A stretch of DNA of 63,842 bases, the filler included, from Thraustochytrium aureum (taxonomy: Eukaryota), in NCBI GenBank assembly GCA_012862495.1. It is 4 parts of 2 records of this genome, joined end to end, with 100 filler letters (N's around TTAATTAATTAA, not from the genome) between each part and the next. Parts side by side here need not be neighbours in the genome. Positions count along the whole stretch, not along the records: positions 1 to 17,841 come from BLSG01000379.1; 3 more parts are not named here. One strand, written 5' to 3'. Shown in pieces: positions 1-11,520 of the stretch (positions are counted from its first letter, which is position 1; every line of letters begins with the position of its first letter). Both the position numbers and the translations under genes were made by a program. Below the pieces are notes generated by a model, which made no database searches, was not told where the DNA came from, and saw only the letters and a program-made list of their open reading frames with translations.

Positions 1-272
1 TAGGTACTCACTCGAGTAGAGTAGGCCTGCTTAGTAAACGCTAAAATAAAGTAAAACCTCCGTGCGGATAGTGCGCCGCCATGTTGCTCTCCACGCCAGT
101 GGATCTCCATGAAAGAATCGCCGGTAAGGCCAACCATACGGAACAGAGCGCCTTGCTCGACGCTCTGCGGCCGCCTCCACTCCCGTGTGATTCAGCGCGA
201 GCGCTCCTTCCTTTCCTTCCCCTCTCCGTGCGCGGCTTTCTGTGAGGGAGGAAGTACAGTGCGCGCTCCAGC

Positions 273-441
273 GGCTGGCTGGCTGGCCGGCCGGCTGGCT
301 GGCTGGCTGGCTGGCTCGCAGCTGTGAGGGGCTGCCCTCGCTCTCTCTCTCTCTGTCGCTCTCTCTCGCTCTCTCGCGCGCTCGCTCGCCTGCAGAGGCT
401 GAGCCTCCCACTGCGGGCCGCGTCTCTCTCTCTCTCTCTCT
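273..441. repeat. Compound microsatellite (GGCT)n followed by interrupted (CT)n
   Basis: Directly visible (GGCT)n at 273-316 and CT runs at about 342-441, downstream of the first gene. Confidence 0.9.
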
Positions 442-856
442 GTGTGGCGGTCGCGCTGTGAGCATGTCTGGACAAGGAGTGGGTTTGGTTTGGAGGGAAA
501 GGGAGCTAGGCTGGTTTGTATGTGGAGTGCTCACCACTGGAGCGGGGAGGATCCGAGAGCTGCGACGTCCTACTGAACCTGCCCCCGCGGGCCCAGAATG
601 GAGGTCTTCGAGCCGCTCCGTGGACTCGTGGTCAAGCGCTGCTGTGCTGCGCTGCGCCCGGCGTTCGCGATGTTGTTGCTGGGCAGCGAGCGCGGCATAC
701 TCGATTGAGATGTGGAGGGCCAAGGCGGCTTTGGCTTGCGTCATGCATACAGGGCGGACGGCACCTTCCGCGCGCTGCGGCGGCCCTGGCCACGTCATAT
801 GCGCCGCTCGGTGGCACCAATCGGGTCAACAGGTTCAGCGTGCGGAGGATGGATTC

Positions 857-2806
857 TCAACCCGCCGGATCCGGCGCGACCTTGGAGGAGCTCGCCGCCG
901 ACTTGCCGGTCTTGGTGCGCTTGCGCTCGGCGAGCTTTTGGCGCTGGCGGTCCCTCTCAGCCCTCTTCTGCTGGTCGAGCTGGGCCTGCGCCTGCTCGTG
1001 CTCGCTCTTCAGCTTCTTCACCTTGCTATCCACCGAGCTGATGCGCTTGAAGACGCTGCTGACCTTGAGCGCGATCTCGCGCTGCTTGGCCTCCGCGGCC
1101 TCGAGCTCCTTGGCAATGCGCGCTTGGTGCTCGGTGCGCTTCCTCCGCACGTCCTCGCGGCGCCGCGAGATCGAGGCCAGCTGCTGCTTCTTGCGATCCG
1201 CCAACTTGTTGTCCAGCTCGGCCATCGCGGCCTCAAAGTCCTCCTGCGACGGCGCCATGGCTTTGACGCGCGCCTTCTCGCGCTCAAAGGCCTCGCTCAG
1301 CTCCTGCTCGATCTCCTTCACCAGCGCCTCGCTCACGACGGGATCCGCGCCGCCCTCGCCGGCAGCGGCGCCGCCTTCGGCGTCCTCGCTGGTGACAGGG
1401 GCCTCGGCCGCATCTTCAACCACGAGGTTGACGCGTCGCTTCCGCCGCTCGGCGAGCTTGGCCGCCTGCGATTTCTTCTTCGCGTGCAGCTCGCTTCTGA
1501 GCGCATACATGGCCTCCTCGTACTCCTGGAAGAGCGCTTCCTTCGGGTCTTCCGAAACGTCGCGCAGCGCCCCGGAGGCCACCAGGCTGTCAACGAAGAG
1601 CGCAAACTCTTCCGTCTCTGCTACGGACGGCAGCCGCGCCCCGAACGCCTTGAGCCTGTCCGCCACCGTGCCGCTGGCTGCGGATACGGGGCGCTTCGGC
1701 GCGCGAAGGAGAAAGTCGAGCGCGCCGCCTTGAAGACACGACTCGAACTCGCCGACTGAATGCGGCGCGCGAACATCGCGGAACTTTTCCTTGAGCGCTT
1801 CCAGCCGGCTCTTCCCCTCCGCCAGGACCTCCTCGTCCTCTGCGCGCTCCTCCTCCTCGAGAAGGGCGGCTGCGACCGGGTCGACGTCGCGCAGCTCCTC
1901 CTTGACTGCGTTGGCGAACTCCTGCTCAGCGACGAGGGCCTCCATCTCGAGTTCTTGCTGCTCCTTGGAGAGCTCGTCTTTCTCGATGAGCAGGTCCTGC
2001 TCCTGTTGCTCGAGCTTGCTCAGCTTGTCGGCCAGCTCCTTCTCGCGCTTCGACAGGTCGTCCTCCTTCGCAGCCAGGCCCTGCTCCTTCTGGTCCACGT
2101 CTTTCTGCTTGGACATGAGCTCCGACTCCTGCTTTTCAAGCCGGCGCATCTTGGAGCGGATCAGCACCGCCGCGACGAATCCCACAAGCGCAACACCGCC
2201 AAGTGCGCCTGCAATCACGCCCAGGCTGACCCCGCCGGCGAGCGCGCTCAGCGTTTCAAACCCATCCGTGCTGACACGCACCTGACTTGCTGCGGCGCAG
2301 CTGTCGGTCGCGTTCACGAGGCCATAGTTGAACAGCGCCTCGCCCAGCGGGAAGGCGAACAGCGAGTCGCGCAGCCTTGCCTCGACGCGAGGCTGGTTCG
2401 CGGTCGACACCCGAATCTCGAACGCAACTCCGTCGCTCTTGACCTCGAGAACGATGACGTGCTGGATCTCCAGGCCGAGCTCGGCGAGGTCCTCGTTGAG
2501 GGCCTCCATCACAGCCATGCGGAACAAGTAGGTGTCGAAGCGCGTGGGATCGCCCACAGTGAACTGGATCTTGCTTCGAATGTACACCATGTCGCTGTCC
2601 TTCGGCGGCAGGTACAGCTCGGTGTTGCTCGTCTCGCGCACCGTGTCAAACTCAAAGACGACCTCCGCGCTGGGAGAGCGCCCGCGGCCGACCACGCGCA
2701 GACGCATCACATGATGCCCTGATTGCACAAGCGAAATGCGTTTTCCGTTCGGGAGCAGCTCGGCGAGCCCTTTTCGCACGTTCTCCAGCGTCGGGGCGGG
2801 CAAACA
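857..2806 (-). CDS. Single-pass membrane protein with long cytoplasmic coiled coil (5' end lost in gap)
   Basis: Open frame of about 650 codons. Globular region, then hydrophobic GVSLGVIAGALGGVALVGFVAAVLI followed by basic RSKMRR, then E/K/Q-rich heptads to TGA at 857. Confidence 0.8.
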   Translation of the reverse strand, partial: CLPAPTLENVRKGLAELLPNGKRISLVQSGHHVMRLRVVGRGRSPSAEVVFEFDTVRETSNTELYLPPKDSDMVYIRSKIQFTVGDPTRFDTYLFRMAVMEALNEDLAELGLEIQHVIVLEVKSDGVAFEIRVSTANQPRVEARLRDSLFAFPLGEALFNYGLVNATDSCAAASQVRVSTDGFETLSALAGGVSLGVIAGALGGVALVGFVAAVLIRSKMRRLEKQESELMSKQKDVDQKEQGLAAKEDDLSKREKELADKLSKLEQQEQDLLIEKDELSKEQQELEMEALVAEQEFANAVKEELRDVDPVAAALLEEEERAEDEEVLAEGKSRLEALKEKFRDVRAPHSVGEFESCLQGGALDFLLRAPKRPVSAASGTVADRLKAFGARLPSVAETEEFALFVDSLVASGALRDVSEDPKEALFQEYEEAMYALRSELHAKKKSQAAKLAERRKRRVNLVVEDAAEAPVTSEDAEGGAAAGEGGADPVVSEALVKEIEQELSEAFEREKARVKAMAPSQEDFEAAMAELDNKLADRKKQQLASISRRREDVRRKRTEHQARIAKELEAAEAKQREIALKVSSVFKRISSVDSKVKKLKSEHEQAQAQLDQQKRAERDRQRQKLAERKRTKTGKSAASSSKVAPDPAG

Positions 2807-3738
2807 NNNNNNNNNNNNNNNNNNNNNNNNNNNNNNNNNNNNNNNNNNNNNNNNNNNNNNNNNNNNNNNNNNNNNNNNNNNNNNNNNNNNNNNNNNNNNN
2901 NNNNNNNNNNNNNNNNNNNNNNNNNNNNNNNNNNNNNNNNNNNNNNNNNNNNNNNNNNNNNNNNNNNNNNNNNNNNNNNNNNNNNNNNNNNNNNNNNNNN
3001 NNNNNNNNNNNNNNNNNNNNNNNNNNNNNNNNNNNNNNNNNNNNNNNNNNNNNNNNNNNNNNNNNNNNNNNNNNNNNNNNNNNNNNNNNNNNNNNNNNNN
3101 NNNNNNNNNNNNNNNNNNNNNNNNNNNNNNNNNNNNNNNNNNNNNNNNNNNNNNNNNNNNNNNNNNNNNNNNNNNNNNNNNNNNNNNNNNNNNNNNNNNN
3201 NNNNNNNNNNNNNNNNNNNNNNNNNNNNNNNNNNNNNNNNNNNNNCATTTCCCCACCCCTCGACCCCCGTGCTGAGCGTCCGTCCCCTTGCCCAGCGTTG
3301 CTTTCAACTTGGTGGCCTTTGCCGTGGCTTGGCGGAGCGAGGATGCCCTGCTCGAGTGCAAGGCGCAGCGCCGAGCGCCGGGAGTCTGTCCAGCCCTGCT
3401 CGAGATCCCGTGTGCCTGCTGCCGCGTGCTCGCTGCCGAGTCTGGGAGTTCTCTGTGTTTGCTGCGATCGGGGGACGTTGAACGGCTCTGCCAGGAATTT
3501 GCAAATCGCAGCGATTGCAAACCGTTACGCTTTCTTGGTAGTGAGCCAGCGGCTGGACACCACAGAACAGGCCTTCGCGAGGGCCATGCCAGAGAGGCCG
3601 AGCTGCACCGCCTCAAGACAGTTTTAGTTTGTGTTTTTTCGCTGCTGTTCCAGAGCCCGGTTTGCAAGGAATCCGAAGTGGGGACTCGACGTGGCCCACT
3701 GTATGATCGATCGCCAGCGGGTGCACCACCGTTTAAAA

Positions 3739-3740
<2 letters not shown>

Positions 3741-3773
<33 letters not shown>
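3741..3773. repeat. (CAG)11 microsatellite
   Basis: Direct reading; a (GTT)n run lies nearby at about 3886-3909. Confidence 0.9.
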
Positions 3774-3776
<3 letters not shown>

Positions 3777-3964
3777 ATAGCCCTGCGCTGGAGAGCAGTC
3801 CGCGGACCGCCGGGTCTCCTCGCTGTGACAGCGTCCGGCCCGGGGTCCGGCTTGTCACCAAAGCGGGGTCAACACAGTAGAATTCTTGTTGTTGTTGTTG
3901 CTGTTGTTGAAAACCCGAGCGTGTTCGTGTGCCAGAGCGGGGGCAAGCGCGCGCGGCGGGCCTG

Positions 3965-4903
3965 TCACGCGTCCGAGGCATGCGGTTCATGACCCGAGCG
4001 CCCTTCAAATACTTTTGGCGACGCTTGCGGCAGCGCGTGGTCGCGGGATTCACCCAACGCAGGCTGAGCAGGGTTGGGCGCGTCGTCTGCCGCTCGCTCT
4101 ACCTGATCTTGAAAACTACTTGTTCCCTCCTGGGGGTCGCTACGCGGCAATGCCAGGACGTCCTGGCCGTCCAAGATAGTGCCGGCGTGCTCTACGCGCG
4201 CCTCATTGCCAACCAGTTCAATTTCCTTGTCGGACGCGGACAAGCCTTCTTCCTCGTTGTCGTCGAGCTCAAAGTGGCCTTCTTGACGGTTCTCCCCAAA
4301 CTCTTGGCCATCCTGGTCGCCAACCACTTGCTCCATCCCTATTGATTCGTACTGAAATGGCCGCGAGCTGACCCTTGGCATGCCCTTGTGGCGCTCGCCA
4401 GCGCTGCGCGCGGGCACCCGCTGTATGCGCCATGGTGGCCACACGACGTGCGTGCAGCGGCCTTCTATGAGAGCCAAGGGCACGGCGCCAAAGTCGTTGC
4501 TGTCGATGCTGTGCTCCTCGTTGTCGCCCTCCACCCAGCAATGGCCCTTCGCGACGTGCACGTAGTCGCCGTTCCTGTTGATGACCCAGTCGCCCTCGAG
4601 GCCCACGAGCCGCTTCATCAAGAGCTTGTTCGGGTCGTCGGCGGCGCGGAGCATCACGACGCTGCCCCTCTCGTACTTGCCGCTCCGCGTGGCCACCTTG
4701 TTGACCAGGGCCACGTCCCTCCAATACCTGCTAAAGTAATACTTTCGCAGCGTCTCCGGGTCCGGGTACGGGTTGATCGTCGGCTGCATCGACACCCCGA
4801 CGCACCCCACCACGTCCGCCACGCAGTCCCGCACCAGCACGCTCACGGGGAGGGCAGCGGCGACCGCCCCGAGGGTCCGCCCCCATTGCGCGCCAACCCC
4901 CAT
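3965..4903 (-). CDS. IMMP2L: Mitochondrial inner membrane protease subunit 2 (peptidase S26)
   Basis: GVSMQPT (catalytic Ser), LMKRLVGLEGD (catalytic Lys), GHCWVEGDN..SIDSNDFGAVPLALIEG..VWPPWR; ATG at 4903. Confidence 0.9.
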   Translation of the reverse strand: MGVGAQWGRTLGAVAAALPVSVLVRDCVADVVGCVGVSMQPTINPYPDPETLRKYYFSRYWRDVALVNKVATRSGKYERGSVVMLRAADDPNKLLMKRLVGLEGDWVINRNGDYVHVAKGHCWVEGDNEEHSIDSNDFGAVPLALIEGRCTHVVWPPWRIQRVPARSAGERHKGMPRVSSRPFQYESIGMEQVVGDQDGQEFGENRQEGHFELDDNEEEGLSASDKEIELVGNEARVEHAGTILDGQDVLALPRSDPQEGTSSFQDQVERAADDAPNPAQPALGESRDHALPQASPKVFEGRSGHEPHASDA

Positions 4904-5853
4904 CACACACACCGCAGGCCGCCGGCCACCAGACCGCGTCGGCCGCAAGAAGATGCCAGCTATGGCCGTGCCAGGGCCCCCGCACTGGAGCGTGTGCCTG
5001 CGCGCTGCCCCGCCGCCAGCTCGCGCGTCAACTCCAACGCGTCCGTCAAGTGTCTGTGTCAATCGAAAGCCTCAAAATTGGCCAACTTTTTGCACTGTGC
5101 GCCGCGCTTCGTGCCAACCACGCCGCGGGGCCGGCAAGCATTGCTGCTTTTCTGCGCGGCCGCGCTCCTGGACGGCGAGCTGTGCCGCTGGCGGAGTCCT
5201 CCGGACTGACGGATCTAGCTTGAGGGCTGCCTACGGGGTTGTTGAGGCGGTTTGGCGTCATGAAACTGCTTTCGACCTTGGGCTTGCTCAAGCTGCGCGA
5301 CCGGCAGGCAGGCTGTCTGCCGAGAAAGAAGGCCGCGCGCCTCTGCTGGTTGCCGGTTGCTGCGGGCGGACAGGACTGCGTTTCGGCCTTGGTCCAACTC
5401 GCCGAGACCGAACCTGAGAGGCTCACAGCGACTCGTACCTTCGAGCGATCGATCTCCACGCGAGGGACGGAGCGGCGAACCGCGGCGCACAGCATTCTGG
5501 ACCTCCGCTGCGGTGGCTGGATCTCAACGTTGGCTCTTGGAATTTGCGCTCGAACTAGCGCGCAAGGAGAGTAGCTTCCGGGCCGGTGAGCCTCCCAACT
5601 GGGTTCAACTCGCAGGCTTCTCGGAAACAATTGTTCGCAAGGCCATTTTCGTCAGGCTCTTCGCCATCGTCAGACGTTTTGTTGCCAGTCTGGTTCCTTT
5701 GGGACTGGTCGCGGCCTCCGTCGCGCGCAGAGATGTCCCGTCATTGGCGGCCAAGGTGGACGGCCGAATTCTTACACTTCACTTTTCCGTAGTTAGCTCA
5801 GTAACGCCATATCTCATGGGGTCGGCCTGGGCCCTCTCCAGCAGGCCACCCTC

Positions 5854-5948
5854 GTGGCGCAGCGAGACGTCCCTGTTGGTGCTGCCTGACCTACTCAGAG
5901 GTTGGGCAGGTTTGTTTCTTTCGCCTTTCCTGTGAGGTCGCACCTCCC
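5854..5948 (+). repeat. Dispersed repeat, copy 1 (copy 2 at 39943-40043)
   Basis: 40 bp GTGGCGCAGCGAGACGTCCCTGTTGGTGCTGCCTGACCTA identical to 39943-39982; similarity continues to TGAGGTCGCA(C/G)CTCCC. Confidence 0.85.
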
Positions 5949-8048
5949 GTCTTTAAGCCTACCTAGCGTAGAGTAACAACCCAACACATGGAGTTATCAA
6001 AGCAGCAGGCTTTTTGGATCGCTCAGCAACGCCCTTTGCCGCACTGGCCTAGCTGAGCCGGGCTGAGCACGCTGGGCTGTGCCAGCAAGGGTCAATTGCC
6101 TGACATAAACTTTCTCAGAGCGGTCGAAATGCCTGCCGAGCAAGAGTGAACGGGCGACATGGACGAGAGAATAAAATCGAGCAGCTTCGTTGTAACTGTC
6201 TCGCGATCCGACCGCCGCTTCCGGAGCCCGGCTCAGTTTACCTCTATCTCTAGGGAGACCTTTGAACGAATCTCAACGGCTCTATGGAGTTGGACACGCC
6301 GCCTTTGCAAACCGTGAAACTGATCAAGGACTGCGGCCGACCACCGGAGGAACCCTTGTGGGGGCGGGACGCCCTTTGAAAAAGCAGCTCCGAAACACAA
6401 AAGCTGCCTTCATGCTCGTCGTGCGAGCATGAAGGGAGCAGAGCACGCAGTCGCACTCACCCGCGACGCTCGTAGACATTCTTTGCAAGAATCAACAAAC
6501 GGACATGCGGCTGGGCTGCGTTCCTCCTGGGCGGGCTGCCGAACTGCGCCAACGCACGTGCTACCGCGTCTCCGCCGACGAGCTCCACCACGTCGGCGCT
6601 CCAGCTTGCCACATTTGACCGTTGGACTAAGCAGAATGTGAGTAGTGAAGCGAGGAGGCTGAGTAGTAGCTCTGCTGCAGAGGAGCTGCTCGCTCGTGTA
6701 CTCTACAGCGCTGAGCGCATCTGAATTCTGCAGTGTGATAGCGCAGCGAGGCGACGTCCAGCTGCCAAGGTGGAGGAGCGAGGTCGGAGCTACGAGGGAT
6801 GCTCTCGCCTCACCCTTCGCCCGTTTCCCAAGAAGTTGGGAGCAAAACTGTTGCTTCGCCTGCTGAGCTCCGCACCGGTACCACCTCACCACCGTGTGGC
6901 GTTTGAGCAGGGCTGGAGATTACAGTACCGTTGACTCGGGGTTCGGGAGGCGAAAACATGCATCTGGAGGTTGGTAGGTACAAAATGTCAACTCGGAGCT
7001 GATCAAAGGACGGTACAGTGCTTGAGATGGAGGCTACGGAGAGAGCGCAAGCTGGCCAGTTTGATGTTATCCACTCTTCGACGGGAGGTCTGCTTCAGAC
7101 TGCAGGTGGCTCTAGCGCATGACCTCACGGAGCACGGCCTTACGGAGCACAACCTCACAGAGCATGGCATGGCGACAACCGGATAGTTGGTCTGAAATGA
7201 GCGCTGGACGAATACGGCTTAGAGGGAACTTGCCAGAGCAGGCCAGGCCTTGCAGCTCTGTCCAGATTGTTTGTCCCGGTGCGCCAGCAACGAGGAACCA
7301 ACATTTTAGAGAAGGCCACGAACGGCTTTGTATGTCTGGCGCCACCCTCAAATTTGGGTTGGCTCATCGAACGGATTTCATCCTGGCGTGTTGAAAATCG
7401 TCGCATTACTTGCAGGTTCGTCTCACTGCGTGCACCCTGAAGACAACACCCCAGGGGAGAGCCTCGCAGTTTCTTTGTCTATGCTTCGAAGCAATTGCTG
7501 CAGTCGCCGGTGCCGTGCGACTGAACGAGCAAGGCAAGTTGCTGCAGCGCTTCCTCGTTGTTGAGATGCAGAGTTTCGTTGTTTTCAGATGGAAAGTGCG
7601 GCCCCGCGCGCCCCTCTACACTGGGCAGCTGTTCAATCACAGGCCGACAGGAAACAAACGGCCAAACACCAGGACGACAACGACTAGCTCGCGCTTCCCA
7701 TGCCTTTCTAACATTCCGCTCGTCGAGCCACTTTCTTTGAACGGCCAAGTGCCTGGGCAGACCACCGGGCAGTCCCGCTTCAAGCAANNNNNNNNNNNNN
7801 NNNNNNNNNNNNNNNNNNNNNNNNNNNNNNNNNNNNNNNNNNNNNNNNNNNNNNNNNNNNNNNNNNNNNNNNNNNNNNNNNNNNNNNNNNNNNNNNNNNN
7901 NNNNNNNNNNNNNNNNNNNNNNNNNNNNNNNNNNNNNNNNNNNNNNNNNNNNNNNNNNNNNNNNNNNNNNNNNNNNNNNNNNNNNNNNNNNNNNNNNNNN
8001 NNNNNNNNNNNNNNNNNNNNNNNNNNNNNNNNNNNNNNNNNNNNNNNN

Positions 8049-10069
8049 CTGTTTGGCTCTTTGATGGTAAGTCTTCGACGCGACAAGATGTGAGCTGGTT
8101 CTGGCCGCGCATTCGCCCAGGCTAACCGCGCACACCAAACTGCTAGACCTCACGTTGGCGGAGCAGGAAGCGGAACTCAATCAGCCCTTCTCCCTAATCG
8201 ACCGAGGCGCTGCTGTTGTTGGGAGTACCAAGTGCATTCTCGCCTGGAAGGAACTCTACTGCAAGGCGGTGCTTCCACCGTGCACCGTCGTTGATGGCGT
8301 CGACGTCCCTCAGCTTATGTGCAAGGACGCCTGCACGGCCGTCCATGAAAGGACGATGTGCGGCGCTGGATTCACGGCTGTGGCAAATGTCGGCTTCAGC
8401 GAAAACATCATCAGGTGCGATGACAAGGTGGGCGACCAGACTCGATCGGCAACGTACATGTACCCAAACTACCTGGAGGGGTGGCTCGGCAAGCCTCAAT
8501 ACCCCGAGGGCGTCTCCACGATCGAGCTCGAGGGCAATTCTTACAACGTCCCCTGCAACTCGGCCGCAGACGGCCAGAAATTGTGCCCAATCCGCGAGTG
8601 CCCAGTCCCCTAGTAAGTTTTGCGTTGCTAGACTCGTTGCGCCCGAGGCTGATCGCTGACGAAAAAGCTACTCCACCACGCGCGTTTCTCGACAGTGTCG
8701 AAATGTCGCGCCCCCTGGAGGTGCACTGGGAAAACGAGACAGTCCACGAGATTTGCACGCGAAAGGAAAATCAGACTTCGATCGACTGTGACCTTTGCGA
8801 GAGCATTTGCGAGGAGCCCTGCCACAAGCCGATGTGGGCTGAAGCAGACTGGAATGGAATATGGGCTGCACGGTGGTTTCCGGGCCTCGTTGGGATGATT
8901 CTCAACTCGATCGTGGTGGTGAACGAAGGAGCGAAACTTCGCCCCAAGCGTAGCGGCGGCAGGAAAAAGGCCACTGGAAACCTGTACGTGTTCATCACGG
9001 CTGTTCTGGGCCTCACGTACAGCATCTTCGACTCGCTCCCGAGCCTCATCTTGGCGCAAGATTCGCAGTGCAACGGGTACCCGACGCACACCAAGTCGCC
9101 CGTGATCAACGAACTCGGGCACCCCGCCTGTTTCGTACTGAGCAAGAACGTGCACGTACTGCAGATGATGATGGCCGCTGTCGGCGTAACCCTGCACCAA
9201 CTTTACTGCAAGCTCGACGCGGCGCAAAAGATGCGCGCTTTCAAGCAGTCCATGGCGAGCCAGGTGCTCTCGGTTGTTTACATTTTTGTGATTCCGCTCA
9301 TCCTGATGGGCACGCATATTGCCCAGCCGGTCCTCAACGGGCTTCCCAATCTCTTCCCTGGCCAAAACACGACAGACGGGACCTTGGTGACCGAAACTAT
9401 CTTGCAAGACATGACGGACGCCAATTCGCTTCGGTATGCGTTTTCGTGCGGGCCGCGCTTTGGCAACGCGAGCACGGAATGGGCGCTCATCCTAATGCCG
9501 TTGGTAATTTATGGCGCCGGCCTCATGGCGATGAGTGCTCTTCTCGTTGGCGTCGTGGCCAAGATGGTTTACAAAGCGTCTAGCACTGGAGGTGCGAAGC
9601 AGAAGGCCAAGTCCAGCGTGGGGCCAACAAGACCACGCTCGCGCTCGCACGCACCATGACCAAGTTTGCGGTGGCGTGCGTGTTTCTTGTGCTACTCAAC
9701 CTTTCCACGACGGTTCCGTTCCTGTCCAAGGCACTCGTGTTCAGCAAGTCAATCCGAGACTGGTCGTCATGCGCCAGCAGCGGGGCCAAACTGGACGATT
9801 GCATCGGTGACATTGGGAAATGTGAGATCGACCTTTCGATGGATAACCTCACCAAGACTGAATTGCGCTGTGGCAAGTATGACGCTGCAGCTCCGTCCCC
9901 CGGAGTTCTCGTCCTTATGAATTTGGCATACTCGCTCCCGCCCCTCTTTTTTGGGATGCTCTTTGGCTACAATATCCTGAGGGCCAAGCTCCGCGCTGCC
10001 AAAGTCGCTATCTCCTCCAGTGCTGGCAAGGCTACAAGTATGGCTGCCTCGTCCAGAGCGACCGACTAA
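8049..10069 (+). CDS. Frizzled/Smoothened-like (class F) GPCR with cysteine-rich domain; 5' end in gap; frameshifts near 8610 and 9640
   Basis: CRD-like C..WKELYCKAVLPPC..PQLMCKDACTAV..C, Cys-rich linker (CESICEEPCHKP), seven hydrophobic segments across ORFs 8481-9659 and 9656-10069, Cys-rich last extracellular loop. Confidence 0.8.
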
Positions 10070-11252
10070 GCACGGTCATGAGAATGAATGAGGTCCGCAA
10101 GAATCGATATATTTTTTTCCAAGTAGTACAGTAAAGTAGTTCTGGTCGAGTACAGAACAGTACATCATGTCAGGTACCCCAACAATTCTCTGCTGTGTGC
10201 GTGCCCAAAAGGCTCGGGTTACCACAGACTCGGACAGACTTGGGCGGCCACGCGACGAGTTCCTGGCTGGGCTGTGAATTGAGGGAAAGTACGCGAGTCA
10301 GTTCTGCAAGCTTGCCTCGCGTTTTCGCGCTCCAGTTGATTCGAAAAATGATATCGGCGTCCACTTCCACTTGCAGTCATGGGGAATTGGGCTGCAAAGG
10401 ACCTATTCTCATAAAGGATGCCCATCTGTTGCCCCCAAGCTAACCACAGAGCCGTAGGATTCCGCGCTCTATGGTTTAGAGGGGGGGCCTCTCCCGCAAC
10501 GGCCCAACGTACCAAACCAGCTGCAGCATCTCCACGTGCAGGCGGCGTCCGCGCTGCCGCTCCTCCTCCAGAGGCCCAGCAGCGCGAGCGCACCAGGACT
10601 GTCGAAAACCGCCGTGCGTCAACCCGACACACGACGTGACATTTTGGCCGGGACGAGGCAGCCGCGTCGAGAGGCAGCCGCCTCGAGAGGCAGCCGAGCA
10701 GGCCGCTTGGGGGATTCGTTCCGAGTCGTGCGAACGACCTCAGATCCCCCGCGCGGCCTGCGTTCGGGGTCTGCCGCACCGCCTGGCGAAGATGCGCCAC
10801 CGGCGATGATCGACCACCACACATTACAAAGTAACGATGCCGCGCTCCACCCATTTCCACGACGTAACGTACCGCCCCGCCACCGTTACTTACTCCAAAG
10901 GCAGCCGCCCTGCCCGCTCCACGCCGCGGCAGCGCCCGTTACTTACACTGACGCCATCGCCAAAACCAAGAGGGTCATTCTCCCTCTGCCATTCTCGATC
11001 ATGCCAGCGAGCCAGCGGGCCAGCCAGCCGGCCAGCGCGTGCGCGTCGTGTGGGTGAGAGCGGCTGCTGGATGACGCAAACTGCGCGTATGTACTCGCAC
11101 CCGCTCGCCAGATGACGATACTCACGCCACTGGCAAGCCAGCAGACAATCCATCAGAATCAGATTGATCACCCACTCGCGCGCACACGAGGCTTGGACTC
11201 GGACGAGTCGTTCGTGTTTCCAGCCCGACTTGCAGACGCCCAGCGCGAAGCG

Positions 11253-11253
<1 letters not shown>

Positions 11254-11286
<33 letters not shown>
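11254..11286. repeat. (AGC)n microsatellite upstream of MLO
   Basis: Direct reading. Confidence 0.9.
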
Positions 11287-11287
<1 letters not shown>

Positions 11288-11520
11288 GCGGAAGAGCAGA
11301 TCGCCGGGTGGATCGGCCCCGCTGGCGGCGCCTGGGCGGCTGCGGCGTTGGCCTGGCGGCGCTGCGTTGGCCTTCTTGCACGGCGGAGCGGAGGAAAGTC
11401 TCGCACGCCGTGGACGCGTCACGCGGGCGGCCTGGACGCGTGCTGGGGTCGCGGAGAGGCCGCCGAGGCGGGCGATCGAGCGCCTGAGCCGCTGGCGCGT
11501 GGCTGCGGGTTGCTGCGGCG

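Noticed and set aside
242..2722. Long plus-strand ORFs opposite the coiled-coil gene, and similar antisense ORFs elsewhere (e.g. 37555, 49683)
   Set aside because: Shadow ORFs of GC-rich coding sequence with no recognisable motifs
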